Assembly (NCBI GenBank): GCA_964016885.1
Contig: OZ024740.1
Coordinates: 382,230,001-382,294,000, forward strand
Source: Eledone cirrhosa
Lineage: Eukaryota
Length of the DNA stretch: 64,000 bases
Direction of reading: 5' to 3'
The position numbers and the translations under genes were made by a program. Below are positions 56,803-64,000 of the stretch, one piece after another. How positions within the stretch are numbered: position 1 is the first letter of the stretch; the number at the start of each line of letters is the position of its first letter. The notes beneath the pieces were generated by a model. It had not been told where the DNA came from. It saw nothing but the letters and a program-made list of their open reading frames with translations, and did no database searches.

Positions 56803-57722
56803 AGTTAATATCGCCACAGATACTAAGTACCCGTGGAAATATATAGGGTGTCTATGATACAATGGTTGTTCAATGGTACTAATACCAGAACTATAAAATT
56901 GAGATAAGCGGAGCAAGCAAGATTCAAACAATCTTTTAAAATAAATTAAAACATATAATTTAAATATTTACCTATTCCAATTGCTTTTACCGAACGGTTT
57001 CACTTCACAAAAGATTGGAGATCCCTAAAAATATATTGCCATCTGCCAGCTAGCACAGGAGCGAATGGGGCCGAAAATTTGACCTATGCATGAACCAGCC
57101 CTTAGTAGAAGGGGAAGTAAACATAGACGTGTTGTCTATCTCGCCACTAAAAATAGCAGCTAAATAGAACAACAGATTTGTTCTCTACATAAAGGAGGAT
57201 ATTAAAAAAGTTACTATTGCCACAGGTACTAAGTACCTGTTATAGTTCTTGTATGTCAAATTAATACCATTGAACAACCATTGTATCATTAGACACCCTA
57301 TATATTTCCAGGGGTACTTAGTACCTGTGGCGTTATTAACTCTTTTAATATTCTCCCTTATGTAGAGAACAAATCTGTTGTTCTATTTAGCTGCTATTTT
57401 TAGTGGCGGGATAGACAACACGTCTATGTTTACTTCCCCTTCTACTAAGGGCTGGTTCATGCATAGGTCAAATTTTCGGCCCCATTCGATCCTGTGCTAG
57501 CTGGCAGATGGCAATATATTTTGCCGTTCCCGGGACTTTTTGTCCTAGGAAAGGAAAATGCTTTCTGATGATCTAAACTTTTCTATTGGAGATCCCTAGG
57601 ATCTCCAATCTTTTGTGAAGTGAAACCCTCGGTAAAAGCAATTGGAATAGGTAAATATTTAAATTATATTTTTTAATTTATTTTAAAAAATTGTTTGAAT
57701 CTTGCTTGCTCCGCTTATCTCA

Positions 57723-57725
<3 letters not shown>
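56796..57725. mobile_element. Family G: permuted minus-strand monomer joined to an exact plus-strand monomer
   Basis: 56796-57240 begins and ends with the gccacag.tactaagtacc motif; 57240-57725 runs from ttatagttc to cttatctcactta-(ta)n. Confidence 0.8.
57559..57640 (+). ncRNA. Type I hammerhead (family G)
   Basis: TGCTTT-CTGATGA...ttggagatcc cta ggatctccaa...GAAACC ctc GGTA^AAAGCA; 6-bp stem I. Confidence 0.72.
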
Positions 57726-57791
<66 letters not shown>

Positions 57792-57902
57792 ATAATAATA
57801 AATTTGAAGACTAAAATCCAAAGAGGGCTCAATAAGGATAAATATATATCAAATATATAAGAACCGTGGAGCAAATATTTAATCTGTTATTTTAATAAAT
57901 TA

Positions 57903-57991
<89 letters not shown>

Positions 57992-58012
57992 CATATATAT
58001 ATATATATATAT

Positions 58013-58045
<33 letters not shown>

Positions 58046-58109
58046 CATATATATATATATATTTATATAACACATATATATATATATATAACAATATATA
58101 TATATATAT

Positions 58110-58225
58110 TAACTATTTCTACGTTAGGTACAAGGCCACCAATTACCCAGTGCATTACTGGTACTTTATTTTATCGACCCCGTAAGTTTGAAAGGCAAAG
58201 TTAACCTTGGCGGGATTTGAACTCA
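58110..58225 (-). mobile_element. SINE family 1 (truncated)
   Basis: Matches the family consensus. Confidence 0.8.
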
Positions 58226-58332
58226 TATATATATAACTCATATATATATAACGATAGATTAACGGAGCCATAGACTCTCGCTATTCCCTGTCAATGATGT
58301 GCTCAAAGGAGAAGGAATCCTGAGCTCTTTAA

Positions 58333-58530
58333 AATACAATATGTTGAAAAGGTAACACACTAGAGAGAGATAGTGCGCCATGATTAAAACAGGGAAAAAC
58401 GACCAGTGTATGGAATCTACAACCTATGAAAGGCAGGGTAGACACACGGTAATTAAAAATATAAATTTCCCTGTCTTATTGATGGCGCACTATCTCTCTC
58501 TAGTGTGTTACCTTTTTAACATATTGTATT
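58333..58530. repeat. ~65-bp-arm inverted repeat in a (TA)n island
   Basis: aatacaatatgttgaaaaggtaacacactagagagagatagtgcgcca versus its reverse complement ending at 58530. Confidence 0.85.
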
Positions 58531-58545
58531 ATATATATATATAAA

Positions 58546-58643
<98 letters not shown>

Positions 58644-59519
58644 GAAACATTTATATCAGAAAAACTGAAAGCACACTGAAGCAAAAGAATAAGAGAAGTT
58701 GCTTTACAGAGCTAAACACCGTCAATAAGTGGCCAACCAAATGTTCAGATGTTTTCATCATCTACTTAATTGATTGCCTTCTCAGAAAGCGGCTTCTTTG
58801 ATGAATGTCAACCTAAAAAATCTATCGTGAAGCTACAGCTCTCCGCTATTAATTTAATCACATTGTATATGTTTTTACCACATTGTAGTTAAAGTTAATT
58901 ATATGTTACGAGTAACTCAGCAGACGTGAAAAGTGAAATATCAGCTGAAATTTGAAGCTTAAATTGCGAAACAAGCATCCCTGACAAATCATCTTATCCT
59001 CACATTCAGAGCTATTTAAGAGTTACCTACTCATTGTATTCTTTATTTATTTTGTTTGCTTTTAATTTATATGTTATTGTATCTGTTGACGTTACTAACA
59101 GAAATTTCCTCCACTCCAAACCAAAAAGAAATTTGAACTCCTAATTATATTTTCATTACGTACTAGCCAAATTTAACACATGATAGTACCTCCTGACACC
59201 GGCTACAAATGACGAGACACTTCCGGTTTTGAATTCTCATTCAGTTTCCATGAATTCCACCTCATTTTCAGCCCTGTCTGTGTATATATGTGTATATAAG
59301 TAATATATATACGAATGAATATGTGTACGCAGTCGTAAGCATACGTATATTTGGATGACTTTTCCACTATATTTTCAAGCCTATCGTCTAATATGTGAAT
59401 GTATATGCACACGTGAAAATATATTTAAGATATATACTTAAGTGTGTGTTTACGGATCTATAAATCCTTCTTCTTACCCATATTGGAGTGGAATGCACAC
59501 GAGACGAATTTTAAATAAT

Positions 59520-59704
59520 TGTTTCTACTTTAGGCACAAGGCCAGCAATTACCCAGTGTATTACTGGTACTTTATTTTATCGACCCCGTAAGGATGAAAG
59601 GCAAAGTCAACCTCGGCGGGATTTGAACTCAGATCATAAAGGGACGTAACTATGCTGGAAAGCATGGCGTCCGACCCTCCACTAATACTGCCAATCCACC
59701 GCCC
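59520..59704 (-). mobile_element. Full-length SINE family 1 with 18-bp TSD
   Basis: TSD agacgaattttaaataat at 59502-59519 and 59705-59722. Confidence 0.9.
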
Positions 59705-60243
59705 AGACGAATTTTAAATAATACTACTAATTCAGGCACAAAGTCAGCAATTTATTTTTCAGGGTATGTCGATCACATCGATCCATTACTTGACAAGTAC
59801 TTTTCCGGAAAGATGAAATGGAAAAGTGACTTCGGCAGAATTTAATCACACAATGTAAATAATATTTTTTAATATTATGAATAAATAAATGGCTTGTAAA
59901 TAACCATTGTACAAAAGTTCTGTGTTAGGCATATCGATAACAAGAACATTAAATAGCTACAATATAGATTTTAGAAATTTCTAAATAGTTTCTGTCCTGC
60001 TTATTATGAAATGATTGCAATGTACATAGGTATGTAATGTGTGCATATAATTCGTGCATACGCGAAACGTTTGCATGTATTTAGATTTAGAGTATATTTG
60101 CACCTGTCAGTGGCATGGCTCTAAGGGTGAGTGAGGGTCATTAGCATTCCGTCACAATTCGCGAACCTAATCGCACATTGTTGTTGTATATATAAATTGT
60201 ATATATAAATTGTTATTGTATATATATATTGTATATATACATT

Positions 60244-60432
60244 GGCGTTGGATTGGCAGTATCGGTAGAGAGTCGGACACCATGCTTTGAAGCATAGAGT
60301 TACGTCCCTTTATGATCTGAGTTCAAATCCCGCCGAGGTTAACTTTGCCTTTCATCCTTACGGGGTCGATAAAATAAAGTACCAGTAATGTACTGGGTAA
60401 TTGCTAGCCTTGTGCCTAAAATAGAAACAGTT
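60244..60432 (+). mobile_element. Full-length SINE family 1
   Basis: A and B boxes plus core, as at 55093. Confidence 0.85.
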
Positions 60433-60796
60433 ATTGTATATATAAATTTATATGAGAGTAAATGATGATGGTATCCATGGATGGAATCTTCAGCTCAACA
60501 CCATAGATGAATGGCTCTACAATACATCAGGTTATACCCAAGCATTTCAATTGACATCAAGTGGAGAAAATTCTGTATACCCCTCCGATGAATTACATCT
60601 GTAAATCAAATGACCAGCGTTGTAACATGTTGTCCCGCTGATTCTGTCTCAAGATTATGTTAATATAAGAAATGTCACTGTATGTAGAACTGGGGAGAGA
60701 ATATCTGGAATATTCATCACAGAAACCTGAGAGGAATACATTTATATATATATATATATATGTAAATGTATGTACTTATATGCACGTATATATATA

Positions 60797-60869
<73 letters not shown>

Positions 60870-60888
60870 GTATGCACTTATATGCATG

Positions 60889-60939
<51 letters not shown>

Positions 60940-61218
60940 GTGTACATACATATATGTACATACATTTAAATATGTGTGTGTGTTTGTATGTTCGTATATA
61001 TGTGCGAAAATATGTGTAAACACATACATATGCATGAATATGTGTATTGTACATATGTGGGTGTCTGGGTGCATACACCAACACGCACACACACACACAT
61101 ATATATATGTATATACTTTGTTATTAACTACATGTGGAGTATATCAAGTCTATGTATTCAATGTAGTTGGAACATTTTCTAAATGCCCTCGGTTCTAACT
61201 AAATAACATATGCCGATA

Positions 61219-61757
61219 TCTTAACTATACTAAAGAAAGGAGTGCGGGATTGCGTCCAGAATATATTTTTTGACCCCGTTTGAATAAATAATTGTTTCTA
61301 CTTTAGGCACAAGGCCAGCAATTACCCAGTACATTACTGGTATAATGAATGCATATTACATAATGTATGTGCTAAATTTAGTGGCTTGTGATTTAATATA
61401 TTTTATAGCTTATTTAAAGACCTTTAAAATTCACTTCTTTAACATTTTTAAATGTCAACACTTCCGGTTAGCGGCCATTATATTATAACACTTATAAAAA
61501 TATAGCATATATTTCCGTCGCTAATTTTCTCCTAATGCAGTTTATATATAATATCGTCTTTTTTTAAATGTATCATGGATTACGTTACTGATTACAGAAA
61601 ACAGTGTAACATAGACTTCGTTAAATTTCTGTGTATATTGTCAATTACGATTTTATTTGATGTATCATATCTACATGCATTTATATTTGTGTATAATATC
61701 AATATACACACTACACATGCTAGCCGAAAACTACCCCACGGGTGGTTTTTATGCTAG
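61219..61757 (+). mobile_element. Possible non-autonomous Helitron with an internal SINE fragment (61290-61342)
   Basis: 5' A|TCTTAACTATACTAAA; 3' hairpin aaaactaccc-cac-gggtggtttt then CTAG|T. Confidence 0.45.
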
Positions 61758-64000
61758 TTTACATAAATAAGTAATCTTACGAAATTTATCAAATACTTTA
61801 TATATTTTCTTATTGAAAATATGAGTACGGCAATCGATATGTATTTATTTGAAATCATATAAATCTGCTCACGTGAAGATGATTAGAGATAAAGATGTTG
61901 GGCTCTTTATTTAAATTTCGGATCATGAGCAAACACTTTTCCATGTTGCTCCAGTCCATCCAGGCGGGAATAATGCTAGTGTATGTACTCCAGGTAAGAG
62001 AAAAACTGAAATAGCCTCCTCCGAAACCAATGTAGGTTGCATTTATTTTATTTAAGTATGTATATAGCTGCTTATTCAAGCATAGAATATTAAATTTACA
62101 TAAATGTTAAACATTAATCTCTCTACCTGTGATCTTTCCCGTCAAAAATATCGAACATAGCAACACCTTCTAGGTAGCGGAATAAATTCTGAGTATTTTC
62201 CACTCATTTGTATATTCACTCTCACAAACATAATGAAAACAACTGAGTTACTCTGGCTTAAACCTTATTGGCTGATATGCTTGAATAACAACTATTAAAT
62301 TTCGCAATATGAATAGAATATTCTTTAAGTATGCTGTTGTTATTTAATCATTGCAAGCATATTTTAATAAATAGCTCTATTTTATTGCTTGCTTTGACAA
62401 ACAGAATATATTGAGTTACCAATATTTAACTTTTGACCTTACAGACGTACTGAAATTTTGTTAGCATATGAAGATCTGATTTGATTCGATTTCGTGACTA
62501 GATGTTCGAAATGCATTTAAATTTAGATTTAAAGATTATAGCATGCTCATAGCAATGATCATAGAGCTTAGTTGTAAAATGAAATATTTCTCAGTGTGTT
62601 ATAAATCAGATGTTAACTGTGGATTGAGTTTGAATTTCTACCAAAGCTTTATGAGTTAAACATGTTATTTAAACAATAAACGAATGCGATTTAATATATT
62701 TCTAATCCCATCGAACGTAAATTCTTAATGAAAACGCACTTACTGCAAGTTATATATGACAAGACAAATATATAGGCACATCATCTCAGAATATAAATTC
62801 CGTTTCAAGTAAAGTAAATACGGGTACCGTATTTCATCAACAAAGGCGATAGTAATTCACCTGACAAGTTATTAGTCTGGGGAAGTAATTTGGGACAACA
62901 GAATTTCTGTATAAATCCTAGCAGAATTGAACAACCAACGTTGCGGTATTATGGAGTCAATACAATCAACTGTCACCGATAAATTAGGTAAATCAATTAT
63001 TTTTGTAGCAAATTATTTGCTTGAAATTTATATTAAATCCATTAAAAACAAAAATATATGTCTTTGTTCACTTCTCTACACGCACACACAACATCGATTC
63101 AATAGTGTCACAACTTGAAAGAGAAATGGCCAGCATTTCATAATGTCGCTTGAGTTACGGTATGTCTATGAGGAAGTCACTTATTATTGATTAATCCCCT
63201 AGTTCACCTTGCTTATAATAATACTTGGGTATGATATTTTGCTGTTAGCAGCAATATGGTTATATAATTGACGACGTTTCTCTTTGTTTTGGTCTTGAGT
63301 TCAAATATTTTAACGTGAATTTAAATCTCATGCTGAGTTGTCATCACACTGCTGAGTGAGATTTTCCTTTTTAAAGTACATAAAAACAACACACCATCAG
63401 CAACTTTCTAGTATTGTTTCGATTGAATGTTTTTTTACAATAGATAAACTTTTTAAAATTGTTAACTAAATTGCGTGGAAATTATGAAACATTTATAAAC
63501 ATAGATGCTATATTTTATATTCATGCCCGGATTTAATGGAACACATACGTGCAGTGTTTCTACTTCAAATTCGCTCAATTCGTTTATGTCACAATAATCT
63601 TTAGAAAATGGTAACGACTTCATCAGTCCTATTCCAATTTATATAAATGAAATTCCTTAGAATCCAAATCACATATAACTGTCCGGGTTACTTCAAAATA
63701 TTTCGAAGTTTACACGTGCAAGTAAATATCTCGACAAGAACATCCGTTTGTATAGGAAGTAAATATTTAAAATCTAATTTCTAAAGCAAATGAAAAAGTG
63801 TTTTTGTAGTTTTAAAACTACTCAATTTTATCCAGTCAGCAGGTGATATGTGTTTTGATTCCCACTTGGTCATCGCATATCCGCTTCTCCACATAGCAAT
63901 CGTAGCTATTTATAAACATTCAAACACGTGTTCATATGCATGTATATGCTTGTCGAGTGTGATCGTTGCGAACACATTAAGATTCCATCGAACAGAATTT

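Overview
Eukaryotic, AT-rich, microsatellite-saturated non-genic or intronic DNA. An octopus or other cephalopod is my inference from the SINE and microsatellite style; it is not proven. No confident host protein-coding gene is visible, and most ORF-track entries are translations of (TA)n, (CA)n or (TAG)n repeats. Recognisable elements: a near full-length but disrupted L1/Tx1-clade LINE (~12.2-18.2 kb) plus two fragments; two Dong/R4-type RLE LINE fragments; RTE/RTEX and CRE fragments; two Penelope-like element (PLE) remnants with GIY-YIG endonuclease; many tRNA-derived SINEs; small hAT and Tc1/mariner MITEs; a possible Helitron; and a degenerate ~450-bp satellite. The main observation is that the non-coding islands between (TA)n tracts contain about a dozen type I hammerhead ribozyme motifs from roughly eight unrelated sequence families, read by eye with stems and core checked. 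They lie in ~290-490 bp non-coding units that occur as tandem, terminally redundant or circularly permuted copies and as long fold-back inversions. Four families share a U3-A8 compensatory core variant (TTGANAA). This resembles a radiation of (TA)n-targeted retrozyme-like or non-autonomous PLE elements. All structure calls are manual and need Infernal, folding and cleavage tests.
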